A stretch of DNA of 64,000 nucleotides from an uncultured Chloroflexia bacterium (GTDB lineage: Bacteria; Chloroflexota; Chloroflexia; QHBQ01; JADMIH01), in assembly GCA_963797095.1 (NCBI GenBank), contig CAWCNY010000003.1, forward strand, positions 1,024,001 to 1,088,000, given 5' to 3'. The notes below the pieces were generated by a model that saw nothing but the letters and a program-made list of their open reading frames with translations, was not told the DNA's origin and made no database searches. Within the stretch, counting starts at the first letter, position 1. Each line of letters begins with the position of its first letter. Both the position numbers and the translations under genes were made by a program. Shown here in pieces: positions 9,701 through 17,985 of the stretch.

Positions 9701-10106
9701 TGCCCTGCTCGTCCCTCTCCTTGAATGTGACCTCGCGGGTTTCATAGACGCGCTGCGCGATCCGCTCCATAGCCCAATCGAGGGAGACTGTTTCCCAGTG
9801 GTCGCTGTAGGGCGCGCGGTAGAGAACTGTCTTCTGCCTGTGGGGGTTGATGGTAAGCTGGAAGGTGTTGGACCCCTTGGGGCAGAGCGTGCCCTCGTTG
9901 ATAGGGCTGCGCTCGTCGCCCTCTATATCTATAATCTGCCCGCCTTTCACGTAGATACGCTGGGCGCACCCCACCGCGCAGTAAGGGCACACGCCGTTCA
10001 CCGCCACAGCATCACGGATGCGCGAGTGCTTGGCGGCTGTGAGGGCGCTAACCGGCTGTTTGGGGTGGTTGGGGTGGAGTTGGAAGAATGTGTGAAATTT
10101 GTTCAT
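6798..10106 (-). CDS. fdhA: Selenocysteine-containing formate dehydrogenase alpha subunit (FdnG/FdoG-like, Mo/W-bisPGD)
   Basis: ORFs 9570..10106 and 6798..9557 are one frame joined by TGA: 'ENQARI-U-HSASVPSL'; 4Fe-4S motif 'CPYCAVGC...LCPKG'; 'GSNMAEAHPVGF', 'TTYRLTEH'. Confidence 0.95.
7707..7745. repeat. Heptamer repeats in-frame inside fdhA
   Basis: GATTTCG/GATTGTA/GATTGTA/GATTGCG/GATTGGG; encodes 'PNPQSTIYNPKS' just before the conserved 'WGWAWP'. Confidence 0.75.
7864..7945. repeat. Composite heptamer repeats in-frame inside fdhA
   Basis: (GTTCCAA)x3 GTTCCTG GTTTCTA GTTCCTG then (ACTCGGC/ACTTGGT) units; encodes 'STKYRVPSAESDQELETRNLELGTWNP' between 'EINGY' and 'LKGFSELKDDG'. Confidence 0.8.
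9540..9572 (-). promoter_or_regulatory. Sec UGA codon and candidate bacterial SECIS hairpin
   Basis: TGA at 9572-9570, 11-nt spacer, then the hairpin GGUGC-CCAGUUUGA-GCGCC. Confidence 0.8.
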
Positions 10107-10116
10107 AACGAATCCT

Positions 10117-10530
10117 CTAAGCCGTATCCTCGCGCATCAGCACTTGAAACCCTGCTTGTAAGAAATGGCGATCAAATGTCAAAGCAGAGGTGATGCCAGC
10201 TCCCTTCATAACTACAAAGGAAACGCAATCAGTTAAGCCCCACGATTTGTCTATGTAATCTTTATACAAGTCGAATGCTTGTGCAAATAAGTCAGGTGTC
10301 AGGTGGACAATCTCTATATCCTCAGCCGAAAGAAATCGCTCAATTATATCAACTGCTTCTGATTTGTAGTTTCGCGACAGTGCATTGCCGATCTCAAGGA
10401 GAACAGCATCCGTAGTAATTAGTGGATAACCTGCAAATTGATCGGCAGCAGTCTTTGCTTGTCCGTGGAACTGATCTTTTTGGTTGACCAAGGCGACCAC
10501 AAAGAGAGTGTCAACGAATAGCTTATTCAA
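10117..10530 (-). CDS. PIN domain (VapC-like) toxin
   Basis: 'LFVDT', 'TTDAVLLEIGN', 'SWGLTDCVSFVVM', 'LTFDRHF'; TTG start overlaps the antitoxin stop. Confidence 0.9.
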   Translation of the reverse strand: MNKLFVDTLFVVALVNQKDQFHGQAKTAADQFAGYPLITTDAVLLEIGNALSRNYKSEAVDIIERFLSAEDIEIVHLTPDLFAQAFDLYKDYIDKSWGLTDCVSFVVMKGAGITSALTFDRHFLQAGFQVLMREDTA

Positions 10531-10774
10531 ACTGCTTCTCCCCATTCAAATACGTGTCAAGATTAGAGGAAAAGTCCTCCGGTGCGTCAATATGGATCTC
10601 CTGAAGTTTTGTTAGCAGGCTGTTCTTCCTTGCCTTTTCGTCCGGTTGCTGAACAGGTACAAAGCGGGCAATTACGTGCCCCTCACGTACAACATCGATT
10701 GTTTCGCCGTCTTCCACTAACCGTAGCGCATCCATTAGCTCTGCGCTCAACTCACTGATCTCTAGCGTCTTCAC
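10523..10774 (-). CDS. Phd/YefM-like antitoxin
   Basis: 'LRLVEDGETIDVVREGHVIARFVP'; upstream of and overlapping the PIN gene. Confidence 0.78.
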   Translation of the reverse strand: MKTLEISELSAELMDALRLVEDGETIDVVREGHVIARFVPVQQPDEKARKNSLLTKLQEIHIDAPEDFSSNLDTYLNGEKQFE

Positions 10775-10838
10775 GAACGCCTCCTTTCTCCATCATTATA
10801 CGACCGCCCTATATATGTGTTGGGTGTCAACGTGTCAT

Positions 10839-11271
10839 CTATGGTTGCATAGCAATAATCACGCCGCCGGTGCGGGTAAGTTGCTCGTTATCCCAGGTCA
10901 ACAACGGCAACCCTAACTGCTTGGCGGTTGCCACGTAAATAGCATCTGCTCCCCGAAGCTTCAGCGTAGACGCAATGGCGGTAGCTTCCTTGACCAATGG
11001 CGCATCGATGGGCACGATGCGCATCAGAACTCAATTGCTCTATGGTAGTTGCGGCTTGCAATGCCATTTGAGCAAGTCCCAACCTTCGGGAAATAGCGGC
11101 TGCTATCTCGGTCAGCAGGATAGCCGGTGCTACCATCAGCCCTCCCGCCCTGGTGTGCCTGTCTATCCAGTTGTAACTTGCGGCGTGCGTGATATCAGAG
11201 GTGACGAAGAAGGCGACCCACACGCTTGCGTCTATTACTACCGTGGGAGGGATTGGCGGCGGCGCAGCCAC
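10839..11271 (-). pseudogene. PIN domain toxin, frameshifted near 11025
   Basis: 'VVIDASVWV...PAILLTEIAAAISRR' in one frame; 'LRGADAIYVA...LLTWD' in another. Confidence 0.8.
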
Positions 11272-11534
11272 TAGAAGTCACGCCTCACATCGTCAACAGC
11301 TTCCCGCGCACTGATATCCTCCGGCCAGAGCGCGCTGATCTCCGATACCAATGTATTTAGTTCGGTCCATACGCCATTGGCGTCTCGGTCGATTGTTTTA
11401 CTATTGTGTGCCGGGACGAGACGCACAACGACATGGCCGTGCCGAGTCACTTCTACTACCTCGCCATCTTCCTCAACTTGCCGCAATACTGCGCTGATAT
11501 TTGCCTTTAGCTCTCGAACACCGATCGTTTTCAT
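11271..11534 (-). CDS. Phd/YefM family antitoxin
   Basis: 'MKTIGVRELKANISAVLRQVE...VTRHGHVVVRLVP'. Confidence 0.9.
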   Translation of the reverse strand: MKTIGVRELKANISAVLRQVEEDGEVVEVTRHGHVVVRLVPAHNSKTIDRDANGVWTELNTLVSEISALWPEDISAREAVDDVRRDF

Positions 11535-11556
11535 GTAGATTAGTCCTGCTTTAGCT

Positions 11557-11607
11557 GATGTAGTTACAGTGTGACTACATCTTACCCCGCATCTTGTCCT
11601 GTGTCAA
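11557..11607 (-). promoter_or_regulatory. TA promoter with palindromic operator
   Basis: TTGACA-N17-TAAGAT overlapping the palindrome GATGTAGTTAC-AGT-GTGACTACATC (11557-11581). Confidence 0.75.
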
Positions 11608-12059
11608 CGTGTCACTCCTGCGCCGTCTCTGAGGTCGATCCTGACCTGCGTGCCGCCACTGTCGCCCTGGTGGGTTTGCACGTCTATCCAGTAGGTCGCT
11701 GGTGGTTGTTCGTAGCTCGTCCAACTAAACAGGAGGGCCTGTGGGTCGGGCTGGAAGTCATCGCTTTTCCAACCATCGTCTTCTAATTGCTTCTTATAGA
11801 ATGCCAGTATCGCCTTGGACGAATCGGGTGTAGTGAAAGTCACCGATTTGTAAATGTTGAGTGTGGCGTCTTCGGGGCCTAGCTCTCTTTCCTCCACCTT
11901 AGCCACTCCCGGATACACCGGTGGGTTCTGCAAGGTAGTGGGTGGCCCATTTGAGCAGGCAACCAGCAGGAACAGTACCAGGCCCAGGAGAGAAAGACGT
12001 AAAACCGTCTTGATCCCTTGTGATCTCTTTGTGTTCTTCGTGCCTTTGTGGTTCCACAA
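11604..12059 (-). CDS. Putative lipoprotein
   Basis: Lipobox 'LVLFLLVA-C', 'PVYPG', 'ILAFYKKQLEDDGW'; start uncertain (TTG 12059; the signal peptide begins at ATC-AAG, 12014). Confidence 0.65.
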   Translation of the reverse strand: MWNHKGTKNTKRSQGIKTVLRLSLLGLVLFLLVACSNGPPTTLQNPPVYPGVAKVEERELGPEDATLNIYKSVTFTTPDSSKAILAFYKKQLEDDGWKSDDFQPDPQALLFSWTSYEQPPATYWIDVQTHQGDSGGTQVRIDLRDGAGVTR

Positions 12060-12063
12060 AGCC

Positions 12064-12930
12064 TTACCCAACAATTCGTTCTTCGCCGGAGTAGATATTA
12101 CACCGCACCTCTCGAAGAAACGCCACCAGAGTAATACCCCCCTCGCGGGCCAGGCCAACCGCCAGACTGGTTGGCGCTGATATGGTGGCGAGTATGGTAA
12201 CCCCCGCCGCCAGCGCCTTCTGCACGATCTCGAAGGAGGCCCGGCTGGTTACTACCAGGATCTTGTCCTGCAAGGGCAACAACCCCTTCATGAGCCCGTA
12301 TCCCACGACCTTATCGACCGCGTTGTGGCGTCCTACATCCTCTCGCAAGACCAATAACTCGCCTTCCTGGTCGAACAGAGCAGCCGCGTGAAGGCCGCCT
12401 GTCTGCTCGAATCCCTCCTGGCGCTTCTTCAACTTGTCGGGCAGCGAATAAAGAAGATCGAGCGTCGCGCTCCCCACGGCAGGCACGCAGGGGAAGTTCA
12501 GCAACACCTGCTCTGCGCTCTCTTTGCCGCAGATGCCGCAACTGGACGAGGCATACAGGCTGCGCCGCCAGCGCCTGGGATCCACAAGCGCGCGCTCTGC
12601 CGGTGTGGCATTGATCACGTTCGGAGAGGGCGAGTCTCCGCTTGCTTCGTCGGGACAATGGTGTATGCTCTCTATGTGTCCTGCGTTGGCGATTATACCC
12701 TCGGTGAAGAGGAAGCCCGCAGCCAACTCCTCGTCGTGACCGGGCGTGCGCATAGTGACCACCACGTTTTCGCCCGCCATGCGGATCTGCAACGGCTCCT
12801 CCACAGGGAGCAAGTCCTGATTGACCCTACAATCGCGCCCCACGCAGCGCTTCACCTCAACGCCCTGCGCTTGCTGAGTGCCGGTGCTAATTTCCTGGAT
12901 GCCGTCCATGCCGTATTCTACGCCTGCCAT
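12064..12930 (-). CDS. fdhD: Formate dehydrogenase accessory sulfurtransferase
   Basis: 'EEPL', 'MRTPG..ELAAGFL', 'SSCGICG', 'TGGLHAA', 'EDVGRHNAVDK'. Confidence 0.96.
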   Translation of the reverse strand: MAGVEYGMDGIQEISTGTQQAQGVEVKRCVGRDCRVNQDLLPVEEPLQIRMAGENVVVTMRTPGHDEELAAGFLFTEGIIANAGHIESIHHCPDEASGDSPSPNVINATPAERALVDPRRWRRSLYASSSCGICGKESAEQVLLNFPCVPAVGSATLDLLYSLPDKLKKRQEGFEQTGGLHAAALFDQEGELLVLREDVGRHNAVDKVVGYGLMKGLLPLQDKILVVTSRASFEIVQKALAAGVTILATISAPTSLAVGLAREGGITLVAFLREVRCNIYSGEERIVG

Positions 12931-12960
12931 GGTGCGCAGTCAACCGCCTTCCGAAGTAAA

Positions 12961-13587
12961 AGGGCGATTGCATCTAAATAGGTATAGGACCAGGGAGCAC
13001 CTTGAGGCCAGCCCGCCTGCTTCTCAACGCTAACCTGATATAATCGCCAATAACCGCAATCCTGTGAGGTCGTTTCCCATAATCCATAACAGGGAGCAGG
13101 GCACCGGACCCGATCGCACAGAGAGATGCAAGAGTGGTTCCAAATAGAGCAAGGAGGTTCGAGACATGAACGCGGATAACTCGGCATCGGTAGAGGTTCT
13201 ACAGCAGATACTCGATGCATTCAACCGTCACGACCTGGACGCCATCATGGAATTCTTCGCGGAGGACGCCGTCTTTGAATCGCCCCGAGGACGCGACGCA
13301 TGGGGGAATAGATTACTGGGTAAAGATCGTGTGCGCGAGGGTCTGGCCGCTCGGTTTACAGGCATCCCCGATGTTCATTATGGGGACGATACCCACTGGG
13401 TGTGCGGCAATAGGGGTGTGTCGGAGTGGACGCTTACGGGAACGACCACCGAGGGAGTTCCTGTGAATGTGAGGGGATGCGACCTGTGGGAGTTCCGTGG
13501 CGGCGAGATCGTGAGAAAGGACTCCTTCTGGAAGATCGTGGAGCAGTAGCGGGCTATGCGAACCGCAATTTAGATGCAATCGCCCTG
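12961..13587. mobile_element. Non-autonomous ISAs1-like element with a passenger gene
   Basis: Perfect 19-bp inverted repeats AGGGCGATTGCATCTAAAT (12961-12979, 13568-13586); GAAGTAAA direct repeat at 12953-12960 and 13588-13595; no transposase. Confidence 0.82.
13166..13549 (+). CDS. SnoaL-like / NTF2 family protein
   Basis: 'DAFNRHDLDAIMEFF', 'GVSEWTLTGT', 'VRGCDLWEF..G.I.RKDSFWK'. Confidence 0.9.
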   Translation: MNADNSASVEVLQQILDAFNRHDLDAIMEFFAEDAVFESPRGRDAWGNRLLGKDRVREGLAARFTGIPDVHYGDDTHWVCGNRGVSEWTLTGTTTEGVPVNVRGCDLWEFRGGEIVRKDSFWKIVEQ

Positions 13588-13659
13588 GAAGTAAACCGGC
13601 CATCCTTGCTGTTGCGTATTATTGTTGAGGAGTAGATACCCTCAAGGGAGACACAATCT

Positions 13660-14481
13660 ATGCAAACACCCGCTTATACAGACAACAATACTCAGGACCT
13701 TTTGAGGCAGATTTCGGTCGCGGTGGCCTATCTCGTCATGGTTGTAGTGAATGCGCTTGCCAACATCCTGCCCATCAACGGCAGGACGACCGCGCAGGTA
13801 TCGGATACATTCGACGTTTTCTTCGTGCCCGCGGGCTACGTCTTTTCGATCTGGGGCCTGATCTACCTGGCCTTATTGGCGTTCACCATCTACCAAGCCC
13901 TGCCCACCCAGCGTGCGAACCCGGCCTTACGCAGGATCGGCTGGCTGTTCGTCCTATCGTGCGCGGCCAACACGATCTGGATTTTCATGTGGCACTACGG
14001 CCTCATCCCTCTTACATTGGTCCTTATGCTGACTTTGCTGGCCTCTTTGATCGCCGTATATGTCGTCCTCGATATTGGCCGCACACCCGTTCCCGCCGGG
14101 GAGCGGTGGTTGGTGCACCTGCCGTTCAGCATCTACCTCGGCTGGATTACAGTCGCCACCATCGCCAATGCCACCGATCTTCTTTACTACCTCAACTGGG
14201 ATGGCTGGGGCATCGGGGCGCAAACCTGGGCGGTGATCATGCTGGCTGTAGGGATCGTACTCGGTTTGCTGATGGCGGCCCTGCGTCGCGATGTGGCCTT
14301 CTTGCTGGTGCTGGTATGGGCTTTCGCGGGCATCGCCGTCAAACAGAGCGATGGCGATGCGCCCATGGTAGCTGTAGCAGCGGGCGTAGCATCTGCCTTC
14401 GTAGCCCTGCTGGCTATCCTGACTATCCTGTTGCCCCGCATCAACCCCCGCACTCCCCACCCCGGCCCAAATCAGGCTTGA
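13660..14481 (+). CDS. Tryptophan-rich sensory protein (TspO/MBR-like) membrane protein
   Basis: 'PAGYVFSIWGLIY', 'PFSIYLGWITVATIAN'; multi-TM. Confidence 0.82.
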   Translation: MQTPAYTDNNTQDLLRQISVAVAYLVMVVVNALANILPINGRTTAQVSDTFDVFFVPAGYVFSIWGLIYLALLAFTIYQALPTQRANPALRRIGWLFVLSCAANTIWIFMWHYGLIPLTLVLMLTLLASLIAVYVVLDIGRTPVPAGERWLVHLPFSIYLGWITVATIANATDLLYYLNWDGWGIGAQTWAVIMLAVGIVLGLLMAALRRDVAFLLVLVWAFAGIAVKQSDGDAPMVAVAAGVASAFVALLAILTILLPRINPRTPHPGPNQA

Positions 14482-14486
14482 TCGCT

Positions 14487-14558
14487 GGACGAAGGACGAA
14501 AGACGAAAGCATAAGCCTCCGTCTTTCGTCTTTCGTCTTTCGTCTTTCGTCTTTCGTC
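14487..14558. repeat. Inverted heptamer array between convergent genes (possible terminator)
   Basis: (GACGAAR)x3 facing (TTTCGTC)x5. Confidence 0.85.
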
Positions 14559-14567
14559 AACTTACCG

Positions 14568-17015
14568 TCATTGCTGTTCGAGCTGGATATCGACATCTAT
14601 CGTTGCGGGTAAGTCGTCGGTGATCGGTACAGCATCCGCCGTGCTGCTCTGATATCCATCGGCGAATGCTCCCATGCTGAACGCCTTACCTCGCGGCAGG
14701 GGCGTGGACAGTGTGAACGTGCCGTCCGCGTCGGTGAATGCCAGGTCGAGGATCTGGTCCGGGTCGTCGGTGAAGTCGGCCCAGGTCACACCCTCTGCCA
14801 GCACCGCGAAGATAGCACCCTCGATCGGTTGGCCTGTGGTCGCATCTGTGATCGTGCCCTTGATTATCACGCTATCCTCAAGGCTTGGCGTTGGTGTGGG
14901 TGTAGGCACATTGTTGACATCACCGATGGTGGCTGTGGCGGTCTGGACCAGCGTGCCCTGTATGGAGAGTTCCACCTCGTAAGTGCCCACAGGCAGCGGC
15001 GATCCATCGTCCATATACAGGTAGCTTGACCACGTGCCCAACTCGCCGCCCTGCCATTGCTCGTCCTCGTCCACGGCGACATCGCCATCCAGCAGCCAGG
15101 TCACGTTCCAGTCAAGCCCATCCTGCATCCCTTCGTAGTCCCAGACGGCGTACAGCTCGAACGTCGGGTCGGGGAAGGCTGTGCCTGGGTTGGTCGGATT
15201 GCCATCCTCGTCCTGCCCATCGCCGAAGGTGACCGGGCCGAACAGCCCGCCACCACCATTATTGTTGTTTCCACCCACGAGCCAAACGTCCGCCGTGCCC
15301 GATAGTTGGTCTTCTATGTTTAGCTCGACCCGGTACACACCTTCCTCAAGCGGAGTATCGGACGTGAAGTTGGTGGTGAAGTTGCCGTCCGAACCCTGGT
15401 CCCAGCTTTCCTCGTCAGAGGAAAATACCTTGTTCCACTGGCCCGAGTCGTCCCTCTGGTACCAGACCGCCTGCCACTGTTCGTCGCTCATGTTGGCGGC
15501 GGTGAAGTTGGCCGTGAGCGTGTCCACATTGGCGGAGAGCACATTGCCTGTTTCGCCATTGGCGCTGAAGGTAACATCGCTGAACGCGGGTGCTGCCTGG
15601 TCTGCTCCGCCCACCTCAATGCTGGTCTCCCCTATTGACTTCCCGTTGTAATCAACCTCGAACTTATAGGTGCCATCGGGCAGGTCTTCGGCGTCCAGCC
15701 AGCCGAACCACCAGGTGCCGTCCGACCCGTTCATCTCGGCATCCCATTCGGAGACAGGCCAGGCGTCTTCCTCCTCCTCTCCATTGATAAAGGCGCGCAT
15801 TTGCCAGGTGTCGCCCGTTTGGAATCCGCTATAGTCAAAGTAGCACACGATGTTGGGTGTGCCTGATGGTAAGGAGGTTACCACGCTCAATGGGTAGCCG
15901 CTGTCGGCCACGCCATTAGCGACTATCATCCTCGATACCCTGGCTTCGCCCGTGCCTGTGCCCGCCGTTGCGCTGGGTGTGGCGCTGGCACCGGGGGTCG
16001 CACTCGCTCCCGGCGTGCCTGCCGACTCAGTCGCGATGGGGGTAGCCACAGTGGGGGTGCGGCCAGGGGTAGCCGTCTTGCCGGGTGTAGCTGTGCGCGC
16101 CGGCTTGTTGGGCGTTGGCTGAGGGCCGAGGCCGCTGGTAGCCTGGGTGATTAGAGACTTGGCGAGGTCTACGGGGCGCAGGGCGTTTATGAAACCGCCG
16201 AACGGCACGCAGGTATCCTGGTCATCGATCTTGCCGTCGCCGTTGGTGTCCACCAGTTGGCGGCAGTCCACGATGTCAGGGTTGTCGCCTGAGCCGCCCT
16301 GGGTCGGCACACCGATCAGGTTGCCCGACTCGTCAACGGCTGTGCCGCCGCTGTTGCCGCCGGAGATGGTGGCGCTGGTCTTGATCCATGCGCGCCCCTC
16401 CACCCCCGCCTCAAAGCTGAAGCCGCTGATGTCGCCCGATGTATAAGTAATCGTTTCGCCGCCGATGGCCGGGTAGCCGAAAATGTTCACCTTCTCGCCC
16501 AACCTGAGCTTGCTGGAGTCGCCCAAGGGGACGGATGGCAGCCCAAGCGACTGGCCGCTCAGGTCGTGCCCGCTCAAGTCTTCGGTGATCTTGATCACGG
16601 CCAGGTCCAGTTGCGGCGAATCTACCACCACATCGGCGATGTAGGTCGGGATGGGTGGATTGTCTGTGTCGGCGGTGATGAAGACGGCCAGTTTGCCTTC
16701 CAGTATCTTGATGTCGGGCCGGTCTTTGACCTGGTCCTCCAGGTCGGATACGTCGGTGACGTGATGGTTGGTCAGGATGTAACCGTCGGGGTGGACGATA
16801 GTGCCGCTGCCCCAACCGAGGAAGCGGATCTTTTTGTTGCCATTCTGGTCGGTGATTTCCGCGATTGGCCCAAGCTGCACCACCGCCGGGTAAACGCGGT
16901 CCACTATATCAGGGTCAATGGCCGCCGCCGGTTGTGGCCTTGCCAGGGGGAGTGCCGCCAGGAGTCCCACCATGCTCGCGGCCAGGACCCGTAGTGTTTT
17001 CCAGTATCTTTTCAT
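14568..17015 (-). CDS. Secreted trypsin-like (S1C) serine protease, multidomain
   Basis: Signal peptide; triad 'TNHHV', 'LDLA', 'GGNSGG'; EF-hand-like 'DTNGDGKIDDQD'; Pro/Thr linker; three acidic Trp-rich repeats; C-terminal carboxypeptidase-regulatory-like domain. Confidence 0.88.
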   Translation of the reverse strand: MKRYWKTLRVLAASMVGLLAALPLARPQPAAAIDPDIVDRVYPAVVQLGPIAEITDQNGNKKIRFLGWGSGTIVHPDGYILTNHHVTDVSDLEDQVKDRPDIKILEGKLAVFITADTDNPPIPTYIADVVVDSPQLDLAVIKITEDLSGHDLSGQSLGLPSVPLGDSSKLRLGEKVNIFGYPAIGGETITYTSGDISGFSFEAGVEGRAWIKTSATISGGNSGGTAVDESGNLIGVPTQGGSGDNPDIVDCRQLVDTNGDGKIDDQDTCVPFGGFINALRPVDLAKSLITQATSGLGPQPTPNKPARTATPGKTATPGRTPTVATPIATESAGTPGASATPGASATPSATAGTGTGEARVSRMIVANGVADSGYPLSVVTSLPSGTPNIVCYFDYSGFQTGDTWQMRAFINGEEEEDAWPVSEWDAEMNGSDGTWWFGWLDAEDLPDGTYKFEVDYNGKSIGETSIEVGGADQAAPAFSDVTFSANGETGNVLSANVDTLTANFTAANMSDEQWQAVWYQRDDSGQWNKVFSSDEESWDQGSDGNFTTNFTSDTPLEEGVYRVELNIEDQLSGTADVWLVGGNNNNGGGGLFGPVTFGDGQDEDGNPTNPGTAFPDPTFELYAVWDYEGMQDGLDWNVTWLLDGDVAVDEDEQWQGGELGTWSSYLYMDDGSPLPVGTYEVELSIQGTLVQTATATIGDVNNVPTPTPTPSLEDSVIIKGTITDATTGQPIEGAIFAVLAEGVTWADFTDDPDQILDLAFTDADGTFTLSTPLPRGKAFSMGAFADGYQSSTADAVPITDDLPATIDVDIQLEQQ

Positions 17016-17088
17016 ACTTCTCTCCTCTGTTGGGCTTGGTTGCCCCTTGTCGTCGGTATCTCGTAATTGCCGTTACCGGCGATTGGAG

Positions 17089-17853
17089 CTACGGGAGTTG
17101 TGCCGAGTCTACGAAGCTCTGGAAGAGAGGTAACGCGGCATCACGGTCAGCTTCGGTCGAATGGAGGCTGAAAATGTACACTTTGTCGCCTTTGCGAACC
17201 AGCCAGTCGTCGCCAATAATGACTTTGGGTATGTTGCCGCTCAGGGCGTTGGTGGGAGAGTCCACGTACACATATTCCAGCTTGTAGCCGGGCAAGCCGT
17301 TGATCTCAAGAGGCTTCTTGTCCGCGCCGCTGCCCGTGAAACCCGTGCTTAGCAGAACCCTGAAAGCGTTCAACGCCCGTCCATTGGTGGTTGCCCGGTC
17401 GTTGGCAACCAATCCGAGGGTGGTGGTAGCGGGCGCGGAGGCGTCCACAGTTACGCGGTCGATCTGGAACAAGGTCGATGTTCCGCCGCTTCTCACGTCG
17501 CTCCTCACCACGATAGTGCCCGCGCTATTGGTGGCAACTCCGGTGTCGCTGAGTGCCCAATTGCCCGGATAGGTGATCTTCAGCCCGGTGGCGTCGGTGT
17601 AGGTCTGTGTGCGCCCTACGACCGAGTTCCACAGGAACGATCCCAGGATAAGGGCCACGATAGTGACCCCGAACACCAGGAATAACGATGTGGTGTCCAT
17701 CGGGTTCACATTCTTGCGAAGCTGCCTTACCATACTGGTGGCGTCCTCGACCACTTCGTGGGCGACCTCATGCATGATCTCCGACGCCTCGTGCATCATA
17801 CCGGCTGCCTGCTGCGTGGCCTTTTCGGCATCACTTTTGTTGGCATCGCTCAT
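17089..17853 (-). CDS. Membrane-anchored PsbP/DcrB-like protein
   Basis: Single TM then 'LKITYPGNW', 'INGLPGYKLEY', 'VYIFSL', 'FQSFVDS'. Confidence 0.6.
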   Translation of the reverse strand: MSDANKSDAEKATQQAAGMMHEASEIMHEVAHEVVEDATSMVRQLRKNVNPMDTTSLFLVFGVTIVALILGSFLWNSVVGRTQTYTDATGLKITYPGNWALSDTGVATNSAGTIVVRSDVRSGGTSTLFQIDRVTVDASAPATTTLGLVANDRATTNGRALNAFRVLLSTGFTGSGADKKPLEINGLPGYKLEYVYVDSPTNALSGNIPKVIIGDDWLVRKGDKVYIFSLHSTEADRDAALPLFQSFVDSAQLP

Positions 17854-17871
17854 AGTTGTTTCTCCTGGAGA

Positions 17872-17985
17872 GTGGGGGTGCGTGATACGTGAAACGTGAC
17901 CTACTGTTTACTGCGTACTGCTTATTGCCCACTGGTCACTACTCACCAATAATCACGTATTACGTATCGCGCATCACGTTCTACG
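17872..17985. repeat. Degenerate inverted heptamer array
   Basis: CGTGATA/CGTGAAA ... TACTGYY ... TCACGTA/TTACGTA units. Confidence 0.65.

Larger units (their letters stand above)
10824..11614. repeat. 14-bp direct repeat GTGTCAACGTGTCA bounding a TA module
   Basis: Identical copies at 10824-10837 and 11601-11614. Confidence 0.85.

Noticed and set aside
11569-11580. Orphan IS605 right end (GTGTGACTAC matches 28787-28796)
   Set aside because: The short match is half of a palindrome overlapping the TA promoter, and there is no subterminal hairpin
12930-13165. Moco/Wco riboswitch upstream of fdhD
   Set aside because: No recognisable riboswitch core; the region is the interior of the IR-bounded element
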